Shown here one piece after another: positions 11,088-26,464 of a DNA stretch of 64,000 bases. Positions within the stretch are counted from its first letter, which is position 1. Every line of letters starts with the position of its first letter. The DNA lies in NCBI GenBank assembly GCA_964016885.1, contig OZ024757.1, forward strand, positions 37,014,001 through 37,078,000, written 5' to 3'. The DNA comes from Eledone cirrhosa. Lineage: Eukaryota. The position numbers were made by a program, and so were the translations under genes. Below the pieces are notes generated by a model, which saw nothing but the letters and a program-made list of their open reading frames with translations, was not told where the DNA came from and made no database searches.

Positions 11088-11910
11088 GTAACGTATTTTA
11101 ACCCTTTCGCATTTAAACTGGCCGTAGCCGACCAGAATTCTCTCACTTCTTTCTGTTCAAACCGGTTGTAACTGGCTCGTCATACTATGTGGTTGAGAAG
11201 TGAACTCGTTAACACACAACAATGCCTGTACGTTTGTTCATGTTAGGTTTCCCCTATGGCTTGCATGTCTTAATGTAATGCAGTCATAGTAGTTTTGTAC
11301 TTAAGAATCTCAATGCTGTGGGATGGGGGTGGGTTATTAACTCATGTTTTTGGTGCTTTAGTGAAAAGACGATTGAAACAAATTTGCAGTTTTACTATTT
11401 TTACCTTATCGAGCCGTCTGGCTGATGCCATGCTGGGGCACTGCCAAATATTTTAATGTGATGTAATCTTATTGTTTTGTACATTTCAAGAAGGCCTCGC
11501 TAATGTGGGGTTTGTGGATTCAACTGTTTATAGTACCTTTACTACATTAATTTTGATTTGGTGTATTCATCGAGGTCAAATTTGCCTTTTATCCATTTGA
11601 GTTTGATATAGTACCAGTGGAGTACTGGGGTCGATTCTTCCTCACTTCCATTCTCTTTTGTCTTTCGTCTATTTGAGGTCGATAAAATACCAGTCAAATA
11701 CTGGATTCTTCCTCTATATCTCTTTCTCACTTCCATTCTCTCACACACGCACACTCTTATCCTTCTCTGGAAGAAATCTGTCGTGTTCAGACCTGGAAAT
11801 GAGATGGGCTCCTTCGATTTTAAGATTATCACCCTAGAAACTCCCTGTGTCAATATGGCAACCAATATTTCAGTGTTTGTAATTGATTTTATTTTATTTT
11901 TCTGTTTTAG

Positions 11911-12105
<195 letters not shown>

Positions 12106-12459
12106 TAAGATGCTACTTTTTATCCCTAAAATAAGTCTAAAAAATCTACCATGCAAACTGAAGGCCGATGGTTGTTTATTACTTTTTTGTACGTCAAAAT
12201 TAGGGTGCGTCCACCAGGGCAAAGCATCTTCGGCACTGGGAAATACGGTACTTTAAGAAAAAGTTAAGAGAATTACAATTTATTTACATATGCGACTTTG
12301 GCAGAGTTGTTTGAATGTTAGATACAATGCTTTGTGGTATTTGTTCCGGCTGAGACATACATTAAATATATGTATGTTATAATAAATTACAATTGTTGTT
12401 TGATTTAAAATTATCATCTTGCAATTTTCAATTTATAACAGGGATCGTATATCCCTGTT

Positions 12460-12532
12460 TCTGACTCAATGATGGAAAAATATTGTATTAGCTATTGATA
12501 TAGAATGAGAACAACTCTTTCTGAGAGTCAGA
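12460..12532 (+). ncRNA. Box C/D snoRNA candidate, family B, copy 4, RACK1 intron 6
   Basis: Identical to 8384-8456. Confidence 0.75.
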
Positions 12533-13037
12533 TTTTGTTATTAATTTATAGTTTGGGGACTTTTGGGGCCAATTTAGTATACTGTATGTATCATTTAACC
12601 TTTTAGATACCAAACTACACCTGGTTCAAGAATTACAAAAGCTGATAACTTTAACCCTTTAGCATTTAAACTGGCTGTATCCAGCCAGAATTCTCTCACT
12701 TCTTTCTGTTGAAACTGGCCGTAACTGGCCATTCATACTGATGTTGAAGTATTGTTCTTAAAATAATATCAAAATTTCATAGGCTCAATATTATGTGAGG
12801 TATAGCCCTTTACCATGAAAATACAATAGTAAATATAGAGTAATGTAAATGCTAAAGTGCTAAGCTAGCCAACATCGAAATTTATAGTTTATTCAACACT
12901 CCTTTGTTTTCTGGCGTTTTAATGATTATTTATTTTTTTTTTTTTTATCTTTAAACTTTATCTCCTGACGAAGAGCTGAAGTTTGATGTAAGTGTGGACC
13001 TAATAATATTAATTTTGTATCTTTGTGTCTTTTTCAG

Positions 13038-13211
13038 GATCTTGAAGGCAAGAATGTTGTTGATGAGCTTCGCCCAGAAGTTATTACCCAGAGTACAAAA
13101 TCACAACCAGTGTGTATGTCATTGGCCTGGTCTGCTGATGGTCAAACATTGTTTGCTGGTTACACAGATAATAATATCCGTGTCTGGCAAGTATCTACTG
13201 CCGCTCGGTGA
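13038..13211 (+). CDS. RACK1: RACK1 exon 7 (terminal)
   Basis: [15 protein letters not shown]...[25 protein letters not shown]; the seven exons sum to 954 nt = 317 aa plus stop. Confidence 0.96.
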   Translation, partial: DLEGKNVVDELRPEVITQSTKSQPVCMSLAWSADGQTLFAGYTDNNIRVWQVSTAAR

Positions 13212-13253
13212 ATGATTTAAACTTAAGCTAAAATGGCTGTTCAGATAGATATC

Positions 13254-13259
13254 AATAAA
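13254..13259 (+). terminator. RACK1 polyadenylation signal
   Basis: AATAAA about 40 nt after the stop, followed by a T/GT-rich downstream region. Confidence 0.75.
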
Positions 13260-14849
13260 GTGTTGAAGGAAATTGGAACTTGATATATTTGTTGTTATAT
13301 TTTACAAATTGTTTGCTTTGTATCAGTGGTTCATCATCATCATTTCTATGTCTGTTATTTTTCCCATTCTCATGGCTTGGACGAGTCCTTTATCAGTGGT
13401 TATCTTGTCATCATAGTTTCTACGCCTGTTTTTTCCCCACTTTCATGAGATGTACATAGATGGAAAGAGAAAAGGGAATGTCGTTTTGAAGGTTATGACT
13501 TTGCCCTCATGTATATGGAGAGATATGTACAAAGAGAGAGAGTGTATAAAATCACATGAATTAGAAATATTAAAAACAAAGAGGTTGTGTAGCACAACAA
13601 AAAACACAGTCCACACTGTAAATGTTGGTGTTAGGAAGGGCATCCAGCCGTAGAAAACGTGCCAGATACAGTCCTATACAAGCAAGACAGGCACCCGATC
13701 GATCTTGCCTCAAATGGGACAATTACCGTCTAATCTATATTAGCATGGAAGATAGACATTAGGCAATGATGATGAAAGGAATGCTATCAGTAAGTCCTCT
13801 GACATCTTAAAGATGTAATTCTGCACAAGTGACCAGACCTGTGGGCCTTTCAAAATTGTCAACTCCAGCATATTCCTCTCAAATGATGGAAAGTTTTTTG
13901 GCAAAAGAAAGGCATTTTATTTTTTTTTTTTAAGGTAAAAATAAAGTCGAAAGTCTGTCTCAGTCTCATCAGATTGGTGCTTATCTCGGTTTCTATGGTG
14001 TGAAGCAATTGAGAGTAAAGAGTACTTGCATAGGACAGCAGTCCATCACACACCACACGCATCATCCTCCGAGTGTACTGGAGCAATTTGAGATGAAGTG
14101 TTTAGCACAAACACAACCCAGTCCAGACGCCAAACCCAAGACATCATGATCGAAAGGCCAACACCCTTACCTCTAAGTCACGCACCTCTAGCTCTACTTA
14201 TTTGCCAGGCTTTCTATTCTCCAGACATGGCTTCTGACTTCTGGTTGTTTTCTGAAAATGGGACATCATTCAGATTGCTATAGCAGAGCTGAAGTTCATT
14301 CCAGGAGAAACATTCTATTCCAGACGTGCTTCAAACTAGCACTACATAAAAAAACAGATCTGTTGAATTAACCCTTTATCATTTAAACAGACCAAATCCA
14401 AGCAAGATGGTTGGATCACATTCATGAGCTTGGGGATCAGTTGCTCCTGACAGAACATACTGGAAGGAGTGTTTGAGGTCTCAGTCCCCTGCAACCCTCT
14501 CAGGAATAAGTGGGCGAAGAAGATAAACAAAAAATAAATAACAAGAGAATTAATTAAATTTTAGAATTGATTTTTCTTTTCTTTTAATTTATTATTGATA
14601 ACATGAAAGGTTTTTGTCAGATGAAATCTATATTTTTACACATTATTCTTTTACATTACAATATTGTAATTAAGAGAGATTTAATATACACAATAGTTTC
14701 ACTACTACATCCAATATTTATGCAATCAGTGGAAGCTGTTTTTTCAGTTTTCTTGCACCATCTCTATAAATTAAAAACAAAAAACTAAAGCAAAATCGCT
14801 TTGCCCTACATGTTTTATTTTTATTGCGCATCATTACTGCTTTACCAAG

Positions 14850-15128
14850 CTTGGGTATGTGCAGTGTGGGTTTTGCTGATGTTTCTATTGTATTGATAGT
14901 ACTCTTCGTAATATGTGTGCAGTGTCTAGTAGTGCTATCTTTTGTATGCTGTATATATTTGTAAGTCCTGGCCTGGAGTACTCTATGTATACAGTACCTA
15001 GTAGAGCTATTTTATATATTTGTAAGTCCTGGGGTTTTGGTTATGTATTTGTCTTTTTTTTATCATTCCTAGAGCACCTATTATAGGTATTGTTTCAGTT
15101 TTCATTTTCCACATTTGAGTTATTTCCT
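14850..15128 (-). mobile_element. 3' fragment of an RLE-type non-LTR element (R4/Dong-like)
   Basis: EITQMWKMKTETIPIIGALGMIKK...IQKIALLDTAHILRRVLSIQ*, the C-terminal signature of R4/Dong-type elements; adjacent to an (ATT)n tract. Confidence 0.7.
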
Positions 15129-17050
15129 TGGAAGATATATTGTCATCATTATTATTATTACTGATATTACCTTCCGTAGTTTTGAATAGCTTTATGCAAT
15201 ATTTAAAACTTACAAACTGCACAAATAAAGAATTTTTATCCTTAAAAAAAGTAGATACCTTCCTTCAAAATGTTTTCATTTATTTATTTATTTCAAAAGT
15301 GGTTTATGTACAAAACAAAACAAAAAAAAAAAAACATTTTGGCGAAAAGTTTCCAGTGTTCACATATTTCTAGTTATATGCTTTCTACCAGACAATGGGT
15401 CCATATATAAATGTGTGTGTGTGTCTTACTGTAGGGCCAGTAAATTTGTAAAATAATGAACTTATTCAAATTAGTGTTAAGTCTGATACCTCTCTAGTCA
15501 CTAGCTTAGCTTCACAGCTACATATATATAAGCAAAGAATTGCTGCTTTCACCCTTTTACGGGATCTTCTGAAACTCAGAAATAAATATTTGCTCTACAG
15601 GTTTATATATATATATAATCCTTATCAAGCACTCTTCGGATTTTAGTCTTCACAATTATTATTACTATATATATATAGTAATACAAAAACAAAAAGAGGG
15701 CTCTATAAGGATTGTATATATATAAACCCGTAGAGCAAATATTTATTAGTACAGATTAAAGTTTAATCTACTAATAATAAATATATATATATATGTGACG
15801 ACAAGCCCTATTATGATGCAACTAAATTACTATTATATTTTCTTATTTAAACCGGCCAGAATTCTCTCACCTCTTTCTGTTCAAACTGGCCGTAACTTGC
15901 TACTCATACTGATGTTAAGGTATTGTTCTCAAAATAAATATCAAAATTACATAGATTTGATATGTAAGGTAAAGCCTTTACCATAAAAATACAATAGTAA
16001 ATATAGAGTAATATAAATGCTAAAGGGTTACAGGCAGTGAGGGCTGCATTCACCCTTACTGACTCAGCCTCCTGATTACAATGGAAGAATATATAATATG
16101 TATTATACAACACCGGCTTCTTGGGATTTTTTTCTTTTCTTTTAGTTTGCTTGCTTTAACTTCTATGATTTTTTTTGTTTTTAAGTTCAAGAGTTTATTA
16201 TATATACATGTATATATATATATATTTCACATTTTGTCACAATTGATATAAAACTACATATAGTGAATAGGTAGTTTAATGAAAAGGTTTTTAATATCAC
16301 AAAGATCACCAAAATGAAACATTATATACAAGTGTGTATGTATATATACATATAAATATTTACATATAACATATATAAATATATATATATACATACATGC
16401 ATTAGATATAATTATATATATATATATTAATATTGATACTCCATCTGATACCATATACATAATGGTACTCACAACGTGGAGTGCTTACGTCTTATTTCAC
16501 GATAGTTGGTCGATTACTTGGATCAACCAAAGCTGATTATCGAAATATTTATATATATATATATATATATATATACATAAATAAATATATATTTACATAT
16601 TATTAATATTATATATACATAAACATACATTGAATTTGTTTTTTTTTTTCTTATTTTTTTTTTTTTTTACAATTCATAGAAGGATTTTCTCATAGTTTCA
16701 GTCAGGTTTAGATGAATATTTTCAGTTTTTAGAAAAATACAAAAATAAAAAGGATTACAACAAGTTTACCACTAGGTTAAATACAGCACAACACTTTGGT
16801 ATATGAATAGAAGATTTTTGCAGAATAGACGATAGCAATGTTTTTAAAAAAGCAGCATGAATTAGTGAATTTAAATATTAACCCTTTTTTTATACCAAAA
16901 TCACCTAGTTCTATGATATAAAATTTTGTTTTAAAGTGTTTATATTTATCTAAAAACCTTTAAGTTAGGTTCCAAACACTAGCTTAACTGTTTGATAATG
17001 AACTGCCCGAAACCAGATCTGGTTTTATCATATATCATAAAATCTTTGTA

Positions 17051-17259
17051 TTAACCCTTTAGCATTTAAACTGGCCAGAATTCTCTCACCTCTTTCTGTT
17101 CAAACTGGCCCCTTATACTGACGTTAAGGTATTGTTCTCAAAATAAATAATATCAAAATCACATAGATTTGATATGTGAGATAAATATAATAGTATATAT
17201 AGAGTAATGTAAAAAAATATAATAGTATATATAGAATAATGTAAATGTTAAAGGGTTAA
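17051..17259. mobile_element. piggyBac-like MITE nested in a second TTAA-MITE family (~16878-17556)
   Basis: TTAA-CCCTTTAGCATTTA ... TAAATGTTAAAGGG-TTAA. Confidence 0.8.
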
Positions 17260-18084
17260 AGTGTTTAGATTTATCTAAAATCCTTTGTTAAGTTATATTC
17301 CAAACACTAACTTAAATTTTTGATAACCAACTGCCTGAAACCAGATCTGGTTCTATGATATAAAGCTGTTTATATTTATCTAAAATCCTAACATCATAAT
17401 TTTATATAAGAACCTTTGTTAAGTTATATTCCAAACACCAGCTAAATGAGAAAGTTAGTTATATTATTAAATCCCTCCAAATTCTTGATTATTTTCAAAG
17501 TGATTATTTAAATGTCAAGTAGTCTTTCATTAGAAATATGGTAACAAAAGGGTTAAAAGGTGTGTGGTTGTTGATTTTTTAATTTATATTTTGTTTTTAA
17601 TGTTTGTTCATTGGTTTATGAAAAATTCTAGAATAATGGTTTTATATTTAATAAATAAATAAATAAATAAATAGCAATAATAATAATAATAATAATTCTT
17701 TGTAATTTAAGTGGGATTTGAACTCAGAAAGCAAAGATCTGAAACAAAGACCCAAATGATTCTACTAACTCACTGCCCTTATAATAATAATTGATGATGA
17801 ATTGTGATTTTGGCACACAGCCAGGAATTTGTAAGAGATTTAATCCCATGAATTAATTCTATTATATATATATATATACACCACTGATATATATGTATAT
17901 ATATATGTGGTATATATTTTACCAAATCTGGAAATGGGTGGTGGTGGGGAGTGGGGTAATGAAAGGCCAAATTCATCCTGAGAGGGATTTCAACACTCAG
18001 AACTAGAGCTACAAGACTAAATGCTACGTACATTTACTTCAGCATTCAACCGATTCTATCTCTCCATTGTCTTAATGGTCATAG

Positions 18085-18560
18085 CAAAGATTTTGAGGTG
18101 GCCCCATCTTTCTCAAGGAATGATGCGAGAGCAAGCAAAATTTTATGAGGCCCTACATTTTTTGTGGAAAAGTGTGATTGCAAAGTTTTTGAAGCCCCAC
18201 ATTTCTTGAGAAAAACGTTTGATAGCAAAGTTTTTGAAAACCTTACATTTCTCTAGGAATGGTATGATAGCAAAGTTTTCGAGGCCCTATATTTGTCAAG
18301 GGAAAAATATCATACCTACCCAATTTTTTTAGGCCCTACATTTGTCAAAGAATGGTGTGATAGCAATATTTTTCAAGGCCCTATATTTGTCAGAGAAAAT
18401 GTAGCCCCTACGTTTCTTAAAGAAAGGCGCAACAGCAAGTTTTTGAGGCCCTATATTCATTGAGGAAAGATGGGACAGCAAAGCTTTTAAGGTCCTGTAT
18501 TTCTTTTTTCAAGAAAATATATGTTGGCAAAGTATTTGAGGCCCCACATTTCTTGAGGAA
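18085..18560. repeat. Degenerate ~42-bp tandem repeat
   Basis: Recurrent TGATAGCAAAGTTTTTGAGGCCCTACATTT units. Confidence 0.8.
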
Positions 18561-18781
18561 GATAAAATGAGATGTGATGCTCATACATCTCCCCCAAGGG
18601 TGCAAAGGAAGTGAAATAGAGGTGAGGACTGAAACCTTATGATAGATATCTCTTGCCATCTTAGTAACCACTTACTCTAAGACAGTGGTCACCATCTAGT
18701 GGTCTGTGAGACTTCATGGGGGGATGTAGTTGATTAAATCATCCCCTAGTACATACCTGGTATTTACCTTACCAACCCTTG

Positions 18782-18812
<31 letters not shown>

Positions 18813-20191
18813 ACACCAGTAGGGTTTGAACTCCTGAATATAAAAAGATGCAAATAATTGGTGCAAAGCATTTAGTGTTAACCACTAATAACACTATTTC
18901 CTTCTAAGTTTGGCACAAAACTAGAAATTTGTAGGGAATAGGGGGTGTAATTAATTCCATCAATTTCACAGTATATTAACGGTACTTATCATATAGACAT
19001 CCTGGATGAATGAAATGTAAAGTCAACCATGGTGGGATTTGAACTCAGAACATAAAGAGACCTAACTAACACCAAAAGGTACTTTGTTCGTTGTACAACT
19101 GAATCTGCCAATTCATCAGTCATTATAACAATAACATTTTCTAATAGAATAATAATAATAATAATTGTTTCTGATTTAGGCACAAGGCCAGCAATTTGAA
19201 GGGAGGGAAGAAATGATAAAAAAAAAAAAAATACCCCCCCCCCCAAAAAAAAACCCGACCTCAGTGCGTTACTGGTACTTTATTTTATTGATCCCGTAAG
19301 GATAAAAGGCAAAGCTAACCTTAGTTTTCTGTGGTTCTTACTGTGCCAAGCAAACAAGCCTTTTGTCAAGTCAGGAAATTCACCTACTATATCCATCATC
19401 TTAACTCTTTAGCATTTAAACCGTCTGTAACTCGTCACTCATAGTGATGTTGAGGTATTGTTCTCAAAATAAATATCAAAATCTCATAGATTCGATATTA
19501 TGCGAGACAAAGTGTTTACCAGGAAAATTAGCAGATTGAGGAATCCTGAAACAGGTCACTCGTTAGCTTGTTGTTTAACCCTTTAGCATTTAAACCGGCT
19601 GTATCCAGCCAGAATTCTCTCACCTTTTTCTGTTCAAACTGGCTGTAACCAGCAATATCTGACCAGAATTTTCTCACCTCTTTCTGTTCAAACTGGCTGT
19701 AACCAGCCATATCTCACCAGAATTTTCTCACCTCTTTCTGTTCAAACTGGCTGTAACCAGCTGTAGCTGACCACTCATATTGATGTTAAGGTATTGTTCT
19801 CAAAATAAATAATATCAAAATCTCGTAGATTCGATATTATACAACATAATTATGTAAGATAAAGCCTTCACCTTGAAAATACAATAGTGTATATAGAGCA
19901 ATGTAAATGCTAAAGGGTTAATGGTTTTGTCTAACGAGGTAGGTGAGGTGGTAAAGAAAATAATCTCATTTTTAAATCCACATAAGGCCTAACAGTAAGC
20001 AGGAGACATAAAACCATATAACCATATAACAATTTGGTCAACAGCCAACAGTTTAAATACGCCACAGTGCACCTGCATATATTCTTTAAAAGAAAACAAC
20101 AACAAAAACACACCATAATCTGTTTCAACAAAACACTGTAACAATAAAGGCCATTATTTTCCTTTGGAATGTTAAAAATTATATTGTAATG

Positions 20192-20415
20192 ATAATAATG
20201 GTTTCTTATATAGGCACAAGGCCAGCAATTTTGGGGAGGGGAAAGTCGATTAAATCGACCCCAGTGCATTACTGGTACTTTATTTTGTTAATCTTGTAAG
20301 GATAAAAGGCAAAGTTAACCTCAGTGGGATTTGAACTGAGAGCATAAAGGGCCATAACTCTATGCTGCGAAGCATGGTGTCTGACGCTCTACCAAAACTG
20401 CCAGTCCACCACCCT
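20192..20415 (-). mobile_element. tRNA-derived SINE with Meta-domain-like core; many copies (e.g. 5085-5320, 10782-10950, 26500-26735, 29690-30096, 38455-38650, 51510-51645, 60680-60822)
   Basis: A box TGGCAG..T.GG, B box GTTCAAATCC, core GCCTTTCATCCTTACGGGGTCGATAAAATAAAGTACCAG in the better-preserved copies, (ATT)n tail. Confidence 0.8.
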
Positions 20416-22086
20416 AATGATAATAATAACAATAATAATTGTTTCTACTTTAGGCACAAGGCTAGTAATTTAGGGGCAGGGAAAAGTTGATTAAATTGAC
20501 ACCAGTGTGTTACTGGTACTTTATTCACCCCTGTAAGGATGAAATAAAAAAAAAAAAATAATGGTTTCTGATTTAGGCACAAAGCCAACAATTTTGGGGG
20601 TGGGGAAATGCAATTAAATCCCCCCCAGTGCATTACTGGTACTTTATTTTATCAACCTCAGCATGTAAAGAACTAATAACAACAACAATAATAATTGTTT
20701 CTACTTTTGGCACAAGGCCAGCAATTATCCCAGTGTATTACTGGTACTTTGATTTCTTTTAATGATGATGATAATATTGTCGTTGTCACTAAATGTTTGT
20801 GTGTGTAGTTTTAGCCTAACACCAGAATATTTTCAAAGCCCAAAGATAACAATTGCTATATTGAACATATATCTAGTCATCTTTTATATAAGAGGGGAAA
20901 AGTTATTTTTCACTCTCCCTTGCTACATCTACCACACAGTGGAGCTATTATGGAAATATAATTGTTTCTACTGTTGGTACAAGCCCAGCAATTACCCCAG
21001 TGTATTACTGGTACTTTATTTTATCGACCCTGTAAGGATGAAAGGCAAAGTTAACCTCGGCGGGATTTGAACTCAGATCATAAAGGGCTGTAACTCTAAT
21101 GTTATACAGATTAGTAGTATTTTGTGGTTCTATCAGCATTTATATGAGTGTATGATATGTGTATTATTCTCTGATGATTCATTAAGTAACTATGTAATGT
21201 GAGGGAGTGATAAGAGCAGTTAATATCTCTAAGCTAATCTCCTTGCGACATAACTTGATGATGAAGAATGTGTTAGAATATATAATTAAATATGTTTTTC
21301 TAATCACGTCTTGTCTGTTTTCCCTAACATATGGATCACGTATTAATTTCTCCCTCCATCTCTCGGGAATTATTCACTTGTAATGATCAGTCCACTAACT
21401 GAGGGGTCTCTTGATAAGACTTATAACCTCACAGCAATGGTGCAATTTGCTGGAATTGCAGTCAGGACTTTAAAGAAAAAGATAGGTATATTTTTGTCTA
21501 TTATTTCTTCGCATTTTTAATTATATATATATATATAGGAAAAGAGTCAGGAACCTGATGGCTGAGCTCCGGTCGTTTCGATAGCTACCCTAAGTATCGA
21601 GTACTCTGGTGTGTTATGGTCCACCTGGTTTTTTACCACACATTCTTTGTTATATATATATATATATATATATAAATATATATATAAGAGAGAGAGAGAG
21701 AGAGTGTTATCAAGATATTGTTGTAACGTTAGGGTGTTTTTTTTCACTTGAAAGTACCTCTTCCTATATTTTTTGTATATATGTTAATGGTAGATTATTT
21801 GAGTTAATGCTCAGATTATAATATACATACACACATATATATATATACACACACACCAAGAAAAGATGGAAATCATGGAATCATCAAATGTGGATGTTGT
21901 AGTCAAAAGAAGTAGGAAAAAAAATTGGAATTTCATCAGACACATTATTTCATGAAGTATCAACATAATAATAATAATAATAATGATAACAATAACAAAG
22001 GTATTGAAGTTACACTAGGAATTGTGCAACAAAAATATAAATAAATAAAATGAAATTAATTTTAAAAAGGCTTAGGAGTGAATCCA

Positions 22087-22122
<36 letters not shown>

Positions 22123-22907
22123 AAGAAAAGGGAAAAGACAAAAAAAAACAAACATTGTTACCCATATTTTAAGATTGCAGAGTTTAGCGTTCAGCAGTGA
22201 AGAAAATGAGGCAACCATTTTGTTTTTTTCTTGTTAAAATATACCTATAAAGACCCTTGTAAAGTAGTAGTGTTGGTGCCATGATAAAATGTGCCGAGTA
22301 CACTCTAATGTGGGAGTACTGGTGTCCTGATAAAATGCACCTAGTACACTCTGAAATGCGGTAGTGTATTAATGTCATAATGAAATGTCCCAGTACACTC
22401 TGAAATGTGGTAGTGTTGATGTCATAATAAAATGTGCCCAGTACACTCTGAAATGCGGTACTGAGCACTAGTGCCACAGTAAAATGTGCCCAGTACATTC
22501 TGTAAAGTGGTTGGCATTTGAAAAGGCATCCAGCCAGCTGTAAATATAATGTCAAAGTTTGGAATGTAAGAGTAAGATGTAGTTAACTGACCATGTTATG
22601 TCTTGGACCTTGACAACCTGTCCAGCCCATGCCAGTATGGAGGGACAAACAGACATAAAAAGAAGAATATTAGGTTATATTTTCTTGAATGTGTTGCAGG
22701 CAACCTAGCAATTTATTTGAAATATGTGTTAGGTTATATTTTCTTGAATGTATTGCAAGCAACCTAACAATTTATTTGAAAAAAATATGAGTTAGGTTAA
22801 CACAATCACAAACCTAATGTATGTGATAATAATTTAAAGTAAACATATGTTTATTAGGAATGTACTGCAGTGTAAATGTCTTATGTACTACACACTCACT
22901 CACCAAT

Positions 22908-22950
<43 letters not shown>

Positions 22951-23065
22951 TGTGTATGTATATTTATGTGCTGTATATTACATAAATTGTAATTACTTAC
23001 TTCATATGTATCTGTATATTGTCATAAGTATGAATAAATATGAACAATTAAAAAAAAAAATCATT

Positions 23066-23113
<48 letters not shown>

Positions 23114-23641
23114 AAAAAAAATTACCATATAAAAGAAATATTTAAGATTTTAAAAACCATTTAGAAAATTTTAAAGAAAAAAATGAAAAAATAATCAAAA
23201 GATTATGCCAGTGATCAATATATTGATGTCATGAAAAATTATTATTTATTATGTTGTTTTTTTAATGTAAATTACATAAATAATAATAAAATTACAAAAA
23301 AATATATAAATATTGAAAAAAAATCAAAAAAAAAATCAAGAAAAATGTAAATTATAATGGAATGTCTCAGATAAGACTAGGCAGTGGTGTTAGGAGGTAA
23401 ATTTTGAAGGGTTAAAGTGGGTAGGAAAAAACAAAACAAAATCTTATGCATTCACAAGACAAAGTCAATAAATTATAGAGAAAGGATCACAGATCAATTT
23501 CTTTCATTTTTGTTCATTTGTTTATTTTTACAATAGAATTATATGGATGTGGAATTGGTTTAATGTTCTTGTCAAAGAGACAAAGACCCCAGGGAAAATT
23601 TTTTATTAATATGGCGAATACAGGGAAGACAAAACAAGAGC

Positions 23642-23675
<34 letters not shown>

Positions 23676-25289
23676 CATGTACATATGTATATATGTGTGT
23701 GTGTATATACGTGTGTGTATGTATGTGAAATAAATATGTTCGTAGGGAGAGTCAAGACTATATGTGACACCAAGATCTTTTCACTTAACTGTTCCTTGTT
23801 CTAGGATACAAAACTGTTGTTTGTTTTAAAAGTATTTATATTTTATCTAAAATCCTTACATTATATATTGGGAGAGAGAGAGAGTTGAGTCAAAACTATT
23901 TGTTTTAACCTTTTAGTATTTAAACCAGCCATATTCAGCCAGAATTTTCTCACCTCTTTCTGTTCAAATCAGCCATAACTTGCGGTTCATATTTCTGTTA
24001 AGGTATTATTCTCAAAATAAATAATATAAAAATCTCGTAGATTCGATATTATGTGAGATAATTATGTGAAATAAAGCATTTACCGTGAAAATATAATAGT
24101 AAATATATAGTAATGTAAATGCTTAAAGGGTTAAAGTCTGTCCCAAGCTTGGAGGCTGATCAGACTGGAGCTTATCCAGATTCCATTGGGTGTTAAATAA
24201 CTGAGAATGCAGGACTCTTTCTCACCGGGATGGGACACTAGTCCATCACAGGTTTAGTTCTCTAGCTATTGGTGTTGGGGATACTCATTTGTATGCGAGT
24301 GGACTGGAGCAATGTGAAATGAAGTGTGTTGCTCAAGAACACAATGTGATGCTCAAGCTTGGAATCAAACCCACGACATTAATATCATGAGTATAAAACA
24401 CCATAACCACTAGTCCACAAGTCTTCACAAGGTTAATAAAAACTATTAAAAATGTCTCTTTTTTAATAGTCCTCAATTTTAGCAGTATTTGACCAGAAGA
24501 TAGTATTTTTTATATTTTTTTTTTAATGGAGGAAGATCGGTTGAATATTTTTTTTTTTTGCTTCTTTCTACAAGGAACAAAAAACAAAGACAAAAACAAA
24601 AAAATAATAATCCCACCTCGAGAGAAAATATATTTATAAAATATATTGATATGTTATGAAGATTTTTTTTTGTTGTAGAAAGAATTACACATGAAGCTTG
24701 TTACTGAAACACAAGCAAAAGAACTGTGATAGAAACACAACCATAGGTTTCATCAACCATCTTTTGCATATATATTATATTATATGATATATTATTTTAT
24801 ATGTAGTAATTTTGCATACATTTCATGTTTATATTATATAAGCATTCAATTTTGAAGAAAGAAAAAAAGAAAGACGACCTCTCCTCCCGCAAAAAAAGAC
24901 ATGAAATGAAAAAGTAAAAATTATAATCTCATTTTTACAACCAAAATGGTTGTAAAAATGTTTTGTGGATTAGATATATAAATTTCCATTTTTCTTTTTT
25001 TCTTTGCATTTCTAAGGAAAAATATTTCAAAGATACCTTTCTAGGTTTAAAACAAAAAGTTTTTTTTTCTTCTTCTTCAACAATGGTTTGAGACAATCAA
25101 AGATAAAAAATCTGCAAGTAGTCATGGTCACCGCCATACAATAAATTAACAGTCTGTTGTGTATTTTAGGAATTAATAATTTTTCTTTTTACAAATTCAA
25201 GTTTCTTTCAGACAATATTGTAAAAAATACGTTAAAATGGAGGAGAAAGAAAAGTTTGTTTTTTCTTTAACAAATTTAAGTATGATCAA

Positions 25290-25325
<36 letters not shown>

Positions 25326-26385
25326 CATACAGCATTATAAAATAACATTATTTTATGTGTTTGTATAGTTATATGTGTGTATACATGTATATATACACAC
25401 ACATACATAGGAATGTAAGCATTATATATATATATATATGCAGGAATGTATATAAGTATATATATGCAGGAATGTATATAAGTATATATATATATATATG
25501 TGTTATGTAAATATTATGTGAGAGATTTGTTCCTTTCACACAATAACAGAAGTTGAATTCATTAATAATTGCTCAAAGATTTGCTGAGAAGAGACAGATA
25601 CACACATACATACTTATACACACATACACTCATGGACACACCACATACATACATATATACACATACATACACATATACACATACACTCATGGACATACCA
25701 CATACATACATATATACACATACATACACTCATGGACACACCACATACATACATATATACACATATACACATACACTCATGGACACACCACATACATATA
25801 TACATATACGCTCATGGACACCACATACATACATATATACACATACATATATATACATACATACACATATACACATACACTCATGGACACACCACATACA
25901 CTCATGGACACACACATACATACATTACACACCACACACATATATATATACACAAACAAGACTCAAGGACACACCACACACATACATACACACGTACACT
26001 CATGACACACCACATATTCATACATACATACATACATACAGAGAGAGAGAGAGAGGACTACATAACACTGACTGTGTTATGTTTCAGGTCCTATGGTGAG
26101 GGCGAGGCTGGAAGGGTGGAGATATGCATAGTTCGATGTATACAAGGGATGGGTGGGAGATGGTTGCTGTGGTGGTTGATGTCAGTGTGAGTATGAGTGG
26201 TCGATCGAGTTTGAGTGTGAGTGGTCGTCCTGTCAAGGAGGAGTGGAAGATGTGAAAGAGGAGATAGGGGGAGCGGGGAGAGAAATTAATGAAGTGGCGG
26301 TGGCGACGGTGGTGGTGGACAAAACAACAAAAAACAAACAAAATGAAAAACAAACAAACAAACAAAGCTTTCTTCAAAAATTTCT

Positions 26386-26464
26386 TCAAACTTCGATGGG
26401 TTCAGTAGCATCCTTCATGTTAAACGGCAGCCCTTCTGGGGAAACTTCATTGCTGCTGCACGAA
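26386..26464 (-). CDS. Uncharacterised single-pass membrane protein, terminal exon
   Basis: TTTATTTCTAG acceptor, phase 2; SCSSNEVSPEGLPFNMKDATEPIEV*. Confidence 0.7.
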
